Virus record (IMG/VR): IMGVR_UViG_3300010413_000014
Location: 1 to 64,000 of that record
From: a virus
DNA length: 64,000 nucleotides
Reading direction: 5' to 3' (one strand)
Shown: positions 19,060-28,577 of the stretch, piece after piece
Layout of the letters: every line of letters starts with the position of its first letter
How positions within the stretch are numbered: position 1 is the stretch's first letter
Position numbers and translations under genes: made by a program
The notes under the pieces: model-generated
The model's input: the letters and a program-made list of their open reading frames with translations, nothing else
What the model was told of the DNA's origin: nothing
The model's database searches: none

Positions 19060-20298
19060 TTAGATGTATCCTTTCGATCTCACAGCTCTCGCTCCTGGCT
19101 TCACTGGCGCACCATCTGACTTTGTATTCTTGTAGGTTAATCCATATCGTAGTGCTGCTAATGTATCAGGCTCGTGTGGATAGTTATCCTTCTGATCCTT
19201 CTTGAAGGTCATGTATGCGAAATATAGATGTGGGTTATCTCCTATCATCACGATTGGCATATCTTGAACCTTCTTGATGCCTTGATCCTTACTATTCGGA
19301 CCTTTCTTGCAGCCTCGGATCTTTCTAAATCCTGCTTTACGAATCTCGCCTATGAATGCTGGCATTGCTGAGTCAGCTACTATGAGAGCGTTTGATGGGA
19401 CTTGGTGCTGCTTCATCAGTTGGATTGTTTCACTGATTAGCATCTTCGGCCTAGAAAATACTTCGCGCACATAGTATACCTCATCAAAGTAATTGATCTC
19501 TATGAGTGCTGTACTATCCTTTCCTCCGTTTCCAAAGTCTAATCCATACCAGACCTCTCCTTGATCATAGAATATTGGATACTCACCCCACCCATCATAG
19601 ATCCTTCCTTCAACCTCTAATGTCCATTCTGCTAAGATAACGTTCTTGTAGTAGGTTGGATTGGTTCTCTCTAAGTCTCGATACCTCTGTACTGTTGATG
19701 CAGCTAGGTTATCAAGATTATCTAAATAGGTACTATGGATGTAGCATGTATCATGGAATCTCTCTGGATTTGGTTGTCCTTCGATAAACCATTCTTTGTG
19801 AATCCAACTTTTTACGGCTGATCCGGGGTTATAAACAAGAATAATCTTTAAAGGCTTTCCTTTTACTCGAACACCTTCATCGATCTTAGAGAACTCATCA
19901 AAACTCTCGATTTCCTCCGCTTCTTCCATTATTACTATCGTAATTCCGGATAAAGACTTTAACTTTGCGGTTTGGCTTCCTGTTGCTCTAATTCCTTTGA
20001 AAGAAATAGTGCTACCTGTGATCTTATTTGTGTAGAGATTGGTCTTATAGTGAAAATCATCTCTAACTCCCATCATCTTCATGACGAGTTCTACATCTGC
20101 GATCGTCGAATCTTCACTTGAAGTCATCACTTGTCGTAGATATAGAATCTTATGACCAAAATCCGAGTATGTTGCTGTTACTGCAGCTCCTGCTGCAGTG
20201 AAAGACTTTGCAGAACCCCTACCTCCGTAAACTTGATAATACCTCTTATCAGTTAGCTCGTCACTAAACAATGATTCGAAGATAGGTGAAAACTCCAT
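19060..20298 (-). CDS. terL: Terminase large subunit (PBSX/SPP1-like)
   Basis: GGRGSAKS Walker A, MEEAEE Walker B, YNP, HSTYLDN, GLDFG nuclease motif, ADSA, D..AALRY. Confidence 0.95.
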   Translation of the reverse strand: MEFSPIFESLFSDELTDKRYYQVYGGRGSAKSFTAAGAAVTATYSDFGHKILYLRQVMTSSEDSTIADVELVMKMMGVRDDFHYKTNLYTNKITGSTISFKGIRATGSQTAKLKSLSGITIVIMEEAEEIESFDEFSKIDEGVRVKGKPLKIILVYNPGSAVKSWIHKEWFIEGQPNPERFHDTCYIHSTYLDNLDNLAASTVQRYRDLERTNPTYYKNVILAEWTLEVEGRIYDGWGEYPIFYDQGEVWYGLDFGNGGKDSTALIEINYFDEVYYVREVFSRPKMLISETIQLMKQHQVPSNALIVADSAMPAFIGEIRKAGFRKIRGCKKGPNSKDQGIKKVQDMPIVMIGDNPHLYFAYMTFKKDQKDNYPHEPDTLAALRYGLTYKNTKSDGAPVKPGARAVRSKGYI

Positions 20299-20299
20299 A

Positions 20300-20755
20300 T
20301 TAATCCTCCTTGGTTCGTTTGTTTTGAGGAGAGAATGTGATGTTTATTTTTCGTTTAGATTCCCCTTCTTCTTCGATCGATATACCTGTCGATTCAACTG
20401 CATCATCCTGCTTCTCAAACTCCTCATCAAGCTGTCCTTTATAGTGAGTTGCGAACCACTTTGAAGCTTCATAGTGCTTTGGGTTTGTTGGATCACAAAT
20501 AGCATCAATGATGTTACCTGAGGCTATTAACCTTATCTGAGCTACAGCTCTTCGATACTTCTCATGAAGATCTGGGAAATGTTTGAATAGGTTTTGTATT
20601 TGTTGAATCGATAGCTTAGTAACTGTTCTGATCTTAGTATAAGAAAGAGCTCCTTCTTCGATTGCAATTGAAACTTCATCATATCGTCGCTTCAATTCAT
20701 CTGGTGGCGTATTATGTCCCCTCACTCCTTTTCTCTTTTCTTTTTCGGATCTCAT
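20300..20755 (-). CDS. Terminase small subunit, putative
   Basis: HTH-like N-terminus; immediately upstream of terL. Confidence 0.65.
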   Translation of the reverse strand: MRSEKEKRKGVRGHNTPPDELKRRYDEVSIAIEEGALSYTKIRTVTKLSIQQIQNLFKHFPDLHEKYRRAVAQIRLIASGNIIDAICDPTNPKHYEASKWFATHYKGQLDEEFEKQDDAVESTGISIEEEGESKRKINITFSPQNKRTKED

Positions 20756-20921
20756 AATTACTGTTAGTTTCTAAAATGAACTCTTGCTCTATCTGCTCGA
20801 TGAGGAATACTCCTGTGTTAGCAATAATCCTCACACACGCTACTATTGTCTTTGGAATTAATAACAATAGTTTTACAATGATTATTTTTAAAATCAATGC
20901 AAATTGATTAATTACTCTCAT
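20712..20921 (-). CDS. Small hydrophobic hypothetical protein
   Basis: 69-aa ORF with a hydrophobic N-terminal half. Confidence 0.45.
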   Translation of the reverse strand: MRVINQFALILKIIIVKLLLLIPKTIVACVRIIANTGVFLIEQIEQEFILETNSNYEIRKRKEKRSEGT

Positions 20922-21005
20922 ACTTGTTTGCTTTCGTTAAACCTTATGATTTTATCCATTTCGGATTAGTTATCACATAAGTGTCGAAGCTTATGTGATA
21001 ATTTC

Positions 21006-21494
21006 TTAATTGGTGGCGCGATTCTCTTCTCCGCCAAATACTCGTACTCTTGGATTGATATTTTCAGCTGTTACCTCTGTAGCTGGATCTTCCTCTTCCA
21101 AGAATTCAACGACACTTGCTAGATAGACTTCTGCAATCGAACTCATCTCATTCGCAGCCGATTTGGCTGCGTTGCGAGATTCAGCCTCACCTTCAACTAC
21201 ATATCCACCATCTGTCAAAGTACCTTGAAACATTTTCAAACATCTTGCGTAAGTGAAATAACACCAGGCAGGAATAACTAGATCCCTCAACTCTTCATCA
21301 GCCTCTCCATCTGGATTGATGCAGCGATCGAGGTTCTCTTGCTTAATCACCCTCTTGAGATCTAGGTCCTGAGCTACTTTTGCTGCAGATTTGATCTTAG
21401 TTTCATCAATGTCGAGCTGAATTGAACAATGATCAGCCATCAAGCTAACGATATCTGAAGAGATTAGATTATTTTCTAAAGAAGCATTATACAT
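21006..21494 (-). CDS. Head-tail adaptor, putative
   Basis: Helical 162-aa protein directly after the portal gene; AQDLDL..LVIPAWCYFTYAR pattern. Confidence 0.55.
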   Translation of the reverse strand: MYNASLENNLISSDIVSLMADHCSIQLDIDETKIKSAAKVAQDLDLKRVIKQENLDRCINPDGEADEELRDLVIPAWCYFTYARCLKMFQGTLTDGGYVVEGEAESRNAAKSAANEMSSIAEVYLASVVEFLEEEDPATEVTAENINPRVRVFGGEENRATN

Positions 21495-21506
21495 ATTAGC
21501 TAATTT

Positions 21507-22652
21507 TTAGTTTTGTTTCTCTTCATTATCAAACTTCAGCTTATTGATCTGAAGTTTACCGATATCCTTCTGAAAGATTGAGTGCGATAAGATTCGATTG
21601 TATTGTTGCTCCAGAATATCTCTTCCTTTTTGAGTTATTGCATTAAAAATCTTATATGCATCCTCGAGCTCATCTGTAGACCAACCTGAATTCTGAGCTA
21701 CTCCACCAAGGATCGGCGGAATCAAATATGAGCCAAGAATCACCTCTTTTGATAATTCATAACCATCTCTACATGACTGTATGGTGGTGGCTCTGCCTGC
21801 CGATCCTGATCCGATTTCTTCTAGCAACGTCGCTTGAACCTCATCTGGAGATAATCCTGCAAAAGTAACAATCTTCCCATTTCCTCTTGCTCCTTGAGCG
21901 TTTGTTAATGCTCTCTCTAGAGCTATCAGTGATTCATCTTCACTATCCATCGCTGTCTTTAGTATGTAGCTATTAACGAATCCTGTTGCAGTTTCCTTTC
22001 TGACTAATATACTATTCTCGACATCGCTTAAAACATAGTTGATAGATGATTGAAGTGGAGGAATAGGATAAGAGCTGAATCCTGCATTAGAGTAGTAGAG
22101 TATTTGTCCTGAATAATTTCCAATCTTCTCAGATTTTTCGATTTGCTTGAGGACAGCTTTTGGGTTGAAGCGATCGATCCATTTGATTTTGCCTCGCGTT
22201 GGTGTTTGAATGATAGTCTTTTGAATCTCACTATTCATCCCAAAGTTTGGATGATATCCAAACTTGGAAGCATAATTAATCTCATCTAACTGATTGAATC
22301 GTAGATCAGTAAGACTCATCGGTCGCATACTTACAACCTCTCCTTTGATATTGAAGTTGCAATGAACTGCAAATCCTCCAAATTCAGCCAATTCATCTGC
22401 AGAGTAATCAATGCACTCCTTGATAGTTAATCCTGTTGGATGAACAATTGTATCTTCACCTTCAAAACCTGCACCTTTATAGAATTTGGCTGTCCTTGAA
22501 ACCGCAGGCTTTGCTGAGGGTGATTGCTCAATCAAATTTTTCAGCGTTTGTGGAAACGCATTGTTTGTTCCCCATCTCATTATCCCGAGAGCAGAGTCTT
22601 CGAGTGTAGTGATCTGAGTTAATTCTCGGTAAGTGTTTAAGTAGAACGCCAT
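21507..22652 (-). CDS. Portal protein
   Basis: WG..N.FPQ.L..LIEQSP, YPIP, G..GNGKI and IPPILGG motifs typical of Bacteroidota phage portals. Confidence 0.8.
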   Translation of the reverse strand: MAFYLNTYRELTQITTLEDSALGIMRWGTNNAFPQTLKNLIEQSPSAKPAVSRTAKFYKGAGFEGEDTIVHPTGLTIKECIDYSADELAEFGGFAVHCNFNIKGEVVSMRPMSLTDLRFNQLDEINYASKFGYHPNFGMNSEIQKTIIQTPTRGKIKWIDRFNPKAVLKQIEKSEKIGNYSGQILYYSNAGFSSYPIPPLQSSINYVLSDVENSILVRKETATGFVNSYILKTAMDSEDESLIALERALTNAQGARGNGKIVTFAGLSPDEVQATLLEEIGSGSAGRATTIQSCRDGYELSKEVILGSYLIPPILGGVAQNSGWSTDELEDAYKIFNAITQKGRDILEQQYNRILSHSIFQKDIGKLQINKLKFDNEEKQN

Positions 22653-22659
22653 CTCAATC

Positions 22660-22860
22660 TTAATTTAAATCTCTAGGCTCGTAGAATGGATCCTCTAACT
22701 TTCTCAAATAATCAACCGCTGATCTCAATTCAACTCTACGCAATTGTTCATCAGAACATTTACTGTGAGTTTGATATAACTCAAAGATAGCTTTTACGCT
22801 AGGTCGATCAAATGCTGGGCGCCATACATCTACTGCAATAAATCTTGTTCCTGTTCCCAT
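22660..22860 (-). CDS. Hypothetical protein (66 aa)
   Basis: ATG ORF preceding the portal gene. Confidence 0.55.
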   Translation of the reverse strand: MGTGTRFIAVDVWRPAFDRPSVKAIFELYQTHSKCSDEQLRRVELRSAVDYLRKLEDPFYEPRDLN

Positions 22861-22953
22861 TTTATATGTTTAACGGGATTTCTGACACTATTGTCATTGT
22901 GCTTAGTGTAAATATGTACTACATTACAAAAAGCTAAAATAAGCTCATTAAAC

Positions 22954-22986
22954 AAAAGAAAAAGCCTTCATCTTTATGAAGGCTTT
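22954..22986 (-). terminator. Terminator downstream of tRNA-Ala
   Basis: AAAGCCTTCAT-AAAG-ATGAAGGCTTT stem followed by a T-rich run. Confidence 0.75.
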
Positions 22987-23024
22987 GTTCCAAAGTTATG
23001 AAAACAAACGAGCAATAAAATCTG

Positions 23025-23097
23025 TGGAGTTGAAGGGACTTGAACCCTCATCCTCTTCCTTGCAAAAGAAACGCTCAGCCAATTGAGCTACAACCCC
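23025..23097 (-). tRNA. tRNA-Ala(TGC)
   Basis: GGGGTTG/CAACTCC acceptor with G3:U70, A discriminator, loop TT-TGC-AA, GAGGG-TTCAAGT-CCCTT T-arm; CCA not encoded. Confidence 0.92.
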
Positions 23098-23129
23098 ATG
23101 GTGAGGATCAGATTTTCTGATCCTCCTTT

Positions 23130-23223
23130 CTTCAACAAATCGCCTAGCACTATCGATGCTTCCAGCGGCGACTGGCCTCGACTTCTCAATGATCCTATGT
23201 GTGCTTTCCTCTTTATGTTGAAG
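23130..23223 (-). ncRNA. Candidate structured RNA with a possible pseudoknot
   Basis: Closing stem CTTCAACA/TGTTGAAG; hairpins CCAG-TCGCCG-CTGG and AGCA/TGCT; loop TCGCC complementary to downstream GGCGA. Confidence 0.45.
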
Positions 23224-23452
23224 TTGTGTTCGAACTTAATACAATCTCTTCATCTGAAGTATTTTGTTGGTGGTAGAATTTTCAATCAACTACCTTCTTC
23301 AGGGACGGCCGAGTAAAGAGAACTTATTGATAGTGAGATCATTATAACGGTGAGATTTTCACGATATCAAAAACATAAATCACTCACTACCAATAAGATA
23401 GATTTTTAAAAATCGCGTGGGGGTACAAACTTCATTACCCTCTGATTTACAA

Positions 23453-25747
23453 TTAACTAAAGAACCATTCACTCTTCATTAAGCAATTTAATCCATTCCT
23501 AAAATGGAATCCTTTCAACTGTGGATACTGAATTTTATTCAGATCTTTTTCGTGAACCTTACATTGACGAGCTTGATGCTTTAATTGCTCATCGAGAGCT
23601 CGCAAAGGTTGATTCCGAATTAATTTAATGAATTCTCTTTTAGTGATATCGAGCATAATGCTAGTATTGTTGGGTGTTGTTCCGAAAGAGTCGTGAATCC
23701 AACTTGTATTCCTTACTCCTCGCCTCTTCATCTGCAAAGCAACATTCCTCAACAACATTGCATCAAGCGAATGAATATAGTTAGGCGAAACAGCACTTCG
23801 CATCTTTCTCGGTGTCACTTTATCAGTGAAAACGATGCGAGAGATTCTTGAAACTCTTCCCTTCAACTTTACTGATATCTGCGATTTCTTTTCTTCATAC
23901 TTCACGTGTTTCACATAGAATCCATCAGGAGTGATCCATTCGATAGATTGCCCCTTTTTTGCGATCACTGTACACATAGCATGAATATATTTCTCAAAAG
24001 CCTTGCCGCCCACCAGCACTCCATTGATCGATTCTCCGATCACTTTAGCCAATTGACTTGCATATTTGCGAGTGATCCATTTCCGATCTAAATCAAGCTC
24101 ACGAAACATGTTGTAGATAATCTCAGTTCGACCTCCAGCAGTTCCTCCATAATTTGAAACCATTACAGGTCTCTTGCAAATCTTTCTACCCTTCTCTAAA
24201 AGAAGATTATAAAAGAAGATCTGAGCTTCATCTTCACACTTCTCTTCTGGCTTTAATGCTTCAACAGTTGTATTTGCGACTTCTAAATAAGCATCCTCTC
24301 GCTTTCCTTCTGGATGAGGGATTACATTAGTAACTTGACATCCTTTAAGATCACCAGTAATTGCTGATGTAAATTGAGATCCTGAATTGCAAGCATCAAG
24401 ATGAATCCGCGTCTTAACTGGATATAAATGATCCTTTTCGTATCTTTGAAGCTCAATCTGATGAGCTAAAAATTGATACGGTTCATCTGCTTCATGATAA
24501 TCTGTATGAAGAAGCTCTTTACCTCGCTTTACTCGCTCTATGAAAGAGATCTTATCATCTCCATAAAGTGAAGCAAGATAGGCATAGCACCAGTTAGCTC
24601 CATCTTCATTCAAAACTTCACCTTCAGCAAACTCCAACAATGCCTTAACTGCATCACTACCTTGAGGTGAGAGTCCAATTGGAATAGGATAAATTCTTCC
24701 TCTAAAGTCATAGTTATGAGGAAAGTAGATATCTTGATCCAAGTAATCGTAAGCAATGTTAATTGCATTCTTGGTTGCTCTCCACTTTCCTACTGCTGAC
24801 TCATAATCGCCAGCTTCAGCATTATAGAGCGCAATTGCTTCATAATACTCCTCCAATACTTCTTCTGAAGCTGATTCAATATGAATCTTCTCTGGAAACT
24901 TAGTTTTCACATAATCTTCCCACTTAGGTTCCTTCAAATCTCGTTCAACCGCCACTAAAACCTCACGATTAACTCTCCACGGAATGCTTTGAATGTAATT
25001 AACAGTATCGAAGATGTTTTGTGAGTAACGTGAATAATCAACATTCGATCCTTTGATCCGAATCAAAGGCTGTTGAAACTCTCGATAACCTCCAACGATT
25101 CCAGCAACATCATCATAAAACCAATCAAGAGGCTTCTCAGTCATTGGAAGAGGATAGAAGGCATATATCTTCTTCATCCACAATATCTCTGACATCTTTT
25201 CATTGATATTGCAAGTATAAATCTGACGAAGCTGAGTTCCTTCATTCCAAGAGAAAGCTTCAAAGTAACGAGAACTATCAACAATCTGCTCAATGCAACG
25301 CCAGGTTCGATCAAACCCCAACTTCTCACCAAACACGTGACGATCAATTGATGAGATCAAGGTGTGTCGGAATTGAGGTTGAAAGCGTTTTGTTTCAATC
25401 TTTTCCCTTAAATTGATCAAATTATCAGTTACTCGAATACTTCCAAACATAAAGAGGATCACAGAAGTTAAGATGTCGATAGTTTCTTCTCGAGTTGAAA
25501 AAATCGCCTGCAAAACCTTTCGATCAGCCTTAGCTGTATCTTCATTAATCCATCTTATGAAATCATCTGCCAATCGATCAGCCTCATCAATAACCAACTG
25601 TTGAGCTAGTTGCATTGAAGCTAACTTATGCTTATTTCCGTGAGAATTAATGAGCTCCTTCTCAATTCGAAGCTCACCTCTCTCTTTCATCTTTTGCTCA
25701 TTTGTCTGATCTTCACTCATTTCATAACAATAATTTTCATTACTCAT
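23453..25747 (-). CDS. T7-like single-subunit DNA-directed RNA polymerase
   Basis: YFPHNYDFRGRIYP, PQGSD..KALLEFAEG, motif A LDACNSGSQ, motif B RKICKRPVMVSNYG, PNYIHSLDA, motif C IHDSFGT. Confidence 0.95.
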   Translation of the reverse strand: MSNENYCYEMSEDQTNEQKMKERGELRIEKELINSHGNKHKLASMQLAQQLVIDEADRLADDFIRWINEDTAKADRKVLQAIFSTREETIDILTSVILFMFGSIRVTDNLINLREKIETKRFQPQFRHTLISSIDRHVFGEKLGFDRTWRCIEQIVDSSRYFEAFSWNEGTQLRQIYTCNINEKMSEILWMKKIYAFYPLPMTEKPLDWFYDDVAGIVGGYREFQQPLIRIKGSNVDYSRYSQNIFDTVNYIQSIPWRVNREVLVAVERDLKEPKWEDYVKTKFPEKIHIESASEEVLEEYYEAIALYNAEAGDYESAVGKWRATKNAINIAYDYLDQDIYFPHNYDFRGRIYPIPIGLSPQGSDAVKALLEFAEGEVLNEDGANWCYAYLASLYGDDKISFIERVKRGKELLHTDYHEADEPYQFLAHQIELQRYEKDHLYPVKTRIHLDACNSGSQFTSAITGDLKGCQVTNVIPHPEGKREDAYLEVANTTVEALKPEEKCEDEAQIFFYNLLLEKGRKICKRPVMVSNYGGTAGGRTEIIYNMFRELDLDRKWITRKYASQLAKVIGESINGVLVGGKAFEKYIHAMCTVIAKKGQSIEWITPDGFYVKHVKYEEKKSQISVKLKGRVSRISRIVFTDKVTPRKMRSAVSPNYIHSLDAMLLRNVALQMKRRGVRNTSWIHDSFGTTPNNTSIMLDITKREFIKLIRNQPLRALDEQLKHQARQCKVHEKDLNKIQYPQLKGFHFRNGLNCLMKSEWFFS

Positions 25748-25792
25748 GCACTTTATGGTGGCTTGAGTTCACCTTTCAAATTTTTCAGATTG

Positions 25793-25824
25793 CAAAGATA
25801 GCTATTCGATCTCAAATTTGCAAA
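25793..25824 (-). promoter_or_regulatory. Canonical Bacteroidota sigma-A promoter for the RNAP gene
   Basis: TTTG-N20-TATCTTTG. Confidence 0.75.
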
Positions 25825-26319
25825 ATCATCCTCAAAAATCATCCTATCCACCTCACCTATCTATCTACCACCCTAACAAGAGATCCTACCCCTATATATT
25901 ATATAAAAACTACCCTTTCTTTTTTTCTTTCTTCAGATACTAGGGAGTAAAGAGAAAGATTTGATAATGAGATAGTTTGAATGGGTCCAAAAAAAACGGT
26001 AAAATGCGGGGTTGAATATGATTTTTGCGCGATTTTCCGCGTTGGGGTATTTTTTGTATTAATCCTCAAAGTATAAAGTAGATATGAGGCTAATATGCAA
26101 AATTATCTGGATCATCATTATCGGATTCATGTTTGAATTTGATAACCAAAATTACCACAATTGCGAATCCATGAATTGAGAAAATACTCGCTTGTTCTAG
26201 ATCTTGTGAATAAGTAGCGAAAATAGTTGTTATTACTATAGCTATTGCAATTTTAATCCATTTCATGATAAAATACTTTGCGAGGGATTTTGAAGCACAA
26301 ATCCCTCATTAAACATCTA

Positions 26320-26535
26320 TTATTTCAAATTATTATCATACTCGTAATCTTCAATCATGTTATCAAGCAAATCAAGTATTGTTTTTGTTGTTGCTTGTCT
26401 TGTTCTTGCAGCACCACATTCATCTTCCAAAATATACCATTTCTTATCTTCTACACATTTAACTCCTGTTAGAGAATATTCTGTACCATCTACTGCCTTT
26501 TTTGTGATTGTGTAATGTCCTGTTAGAGTTGTCAT
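26320..26535 (-). CDS. Hypothetical protein
   Basis: ORF behind its own promoter cassette. Confidence 0.6.
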   Translation of the reverse strand: MTTLTGHYTITKKAVDGTEYSLTGVKCVEDKKWYILEDECGAARTRQATTKTILDLLDNMIEDYEYDNNLK

Positions 26536-26557
26536 ATCGTTTGTTTTTAATTATAAT

Positions 26558-26590
26558 GTAAATATAGATGTTTTAACAATGCAAGACAAC
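26558..26590 (-). promoter_or_regulatory. Host-type promoter
   Basis: GTTG-N20-TATATTTAC. Confidence 0.6.
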
Positions 26591-26787
26591 AAAAAAGAGC
26601 GAAATCTTTATCAGATATCGCTCTTTACATTTAATTTAAATAAAGCTGCTTATTCCACAATCTTCTTTCCAACTAGGGTACCATCAAGCTTTTCCCAATC
26701 TTTAAAGTAAGATAGAAGTGCATCTTGCTTCGATTAGAGTCATTGACTCTGATTTTAAAATCCTTTAACTCTTTCATTTTCGTATTT

Positions 26788-27120
26788 TTAAATTGTAAAA
26801 TTCAACCAAAACCAACGCTTAATTCTCTTCCACCAACTCTTTGTTTCTTGAGCTCTTGGAGCAGCACAAAAGGTGAATATATCAATATTATCTAACTGGA
26901 TAATCAGAAGACATCCCAGATCATCAATCTTAGCAGGAACTGTATAATCAAGATTACTGTTCTGATGTACAAGTTCATAGTACTCGTGATCGATCGAATT
27001 ATAACCGCTATCTTTACAATATTGAAGATAATCATCATATGACTCAAATACCGGACAAACCGGAATATTTGAAAATGGTTCATACTGAAGAGTAACACTA
27101 AAATCTCTAATAAACTTCAT
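26788..27120 (-). CDS. Hypothetical protein
   Basis: ORF track; tight packing with neighbours. Confidence 0.6.
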   Translation of the reverse strand: MKFIRDFSVTLQYEPFSNIPVCPVFESYDDYLQYCKDSGYNSIDHEYYELVHQNSNLDYTVPAKIDDLGCLLIIQLDNIDIFTFCAAPRAQETKSWWKRIKRWFWLNFTI

Positions 27121-27123
27121 AAC

Positions 27124-27576
27124 TTATTTATTTAACGGTTTTAATTTTCTACCAAGTGATGCAAAACGAGATAAAGTAGCATGCAAACGTTCCTCTGATT
27201 CTCTCTTGAATCGTTCGCGATCCTGAGCAATCTTTTGTTTATGGAACTCATTTATATTCTTCTGGGTATCACTACTTACAATCACACCATTCACCATAGA
27301 GCGAAGATCCAATCGATCAACATTTTTGAACTCATTTACTACTTCATGTTGATCAAATTTAGTGTCGCTCAATTGATATCCAGGAAGATCTAAAATCGAG
27401 CGAAAATTAGCTATCTGCATCGATAAACTGTGAGCCGAAACACCTATCACATACTTTGCGATAACCTCGATCTCTTCAGATAATAACCCGCTTGTTCCAT
27501 AGCAAGCGATATAGTATGCGATCATCAAATCTTCTTTTGACCACATATATCTGTTTTTGAATACTTTCTTAGGCAT
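27124..27576 (-). CDS. Hypothetical protein
   Basis: ORF track; WSKEDL..AYY N-terminus suggests a helical DNA-binding domain. Confidence 0.6.
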   Translation of the reverse strand: MPKKVFKNRYMWSKEDLMIAYYIACYGTSGLLSEEIEVIAKYVIGVSAHSLSMQIANFRSILDLPGYQLSDTKFDQHEVVNEFKNVDRLDLRSMVNGVIVSSDTQKNINEFHKQKIAQDRERFKRESEERLHATLSRFASLGRKLKPLNK

Positions 27577-27598
27577 GGTTATTGAATTTTGGTTTAAA

Positions 27599-28312
27599 TT
27601 ATCTTAATCTTATCTTATTGATTACCTTCCCCATAGACTCAAAGCTACCTTTAACTTTGCAAGTAAGCTGAATAGTCTCACCCTTTTCACCTAAATCCTT
27701 ACCCTCATATTGAAAAATGTTTCCTTTATCATCCATCAATCTAAAAGTAACTCCATAAAAATTTTCCCACTTAGATAATATCTTGAGCTCTCTCTCAACT
27801 TTCTTTGAGTCAATAGGAAGTGCATCATTACTTTTTGATCTATTCTCTTCAAGGATCAGATCCTTAGCGATCTCACCATACTCAGCTAACTCCATCATTA
27901 ACTTCTTACTTTTACAAGTGAAGTTTCTTGCAGCCCAAAAGATGTATTTATAATCCATATCAAACACATCAGCAACTGTTTTACCTGTATATTTCCCACA
28001 AGGAAAAGTGTTATTTTCTCTCCTTGATCCAAAGGTCTCATCTATATCAACATCAATCCGATAATGACCTAATTTCTTCCTTGCGTTTTGAATAGCATCT
28101 TCAAAATCAATTGCCAAGGTCCCTAGGTAAGTATCCTTAATATAAGGATTCATTTTCAATGGACATGAATATAAAACAAACATCACACCTTTAGATGCAC
28201 TTGATTGACCTATAGTTATAACAAAACGTCTAGTTTCATGTTTTACTCCATCTAAGATAGATAAATCATATTGACCTTCTCTAATATCTTGAATTTGCTT
28301 ATTGATATCCAT
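27599..28312 (-). CDS. Hypothetical protein with an FPxGKYxG small domain and OB-like C-terminus
   Basis: FPCGKYTGKTVADV..DYKYIFW motif. Confidence 0.6.
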   Translation of the reverse strand: MDINKQIQDIREGQYDLSILDGVKHETRRFVITIGQSSASKGVMFVLYSCPLKMNPYIKDTYLGTLAIDFEDAIQNARKKLGHYRIDVDIDETFGSRRENNTFPCGKYTGKTVADVFDMDYKYIFWAARNFTCKSKKLMMELAEYGEIAKDLILEENRSKSNDALPIDSKKVERELKILSKWENFYGVTFRLMDDKGNIFQYEGKDLGEKGETIQLTCKVKGSFESMGKVINKIRLR

Positions 28313-28338
28313 GACTTGTGTTTTTGTGTTTTAATAGT

Positions 28339-28371
28339 CTAAAGATACAACCCACTTCAACACAATGCAAC
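28339..28371 (-). promoter_or_regulatory. Host-type promoter
   Basis: GTTG-N20-TATCTTTAG. Confidence 0.75.
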
Positions 28372-28577
28372 AAAAATAGGAGAAATCTTTTCAGAAATCT
28401 CCTATTTACTTAAAAATCAATACAATATTCTTAGTCTCTATCCTCCTCTAAAACCACATTTGCTGCTGCATATCTCGCTGCTCCTTCAGAATATCCGCAA
28501 TACCATTGAAAATCTTCAACCATTGCATTAAAATCCTCATTCACTTCAAAAATTTCCTCCAATTTCTCTCTCATAAT

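Noticed and set aside
23130-23223. RNase P RNA or tRNA-associated theta (HDV-like) ribozyme
   Set aside because: Only GAGGAAAG matches RNase P and the element is far too short; it lies 5' of the tRNA, whereas theta ribozymes follow the 3' end
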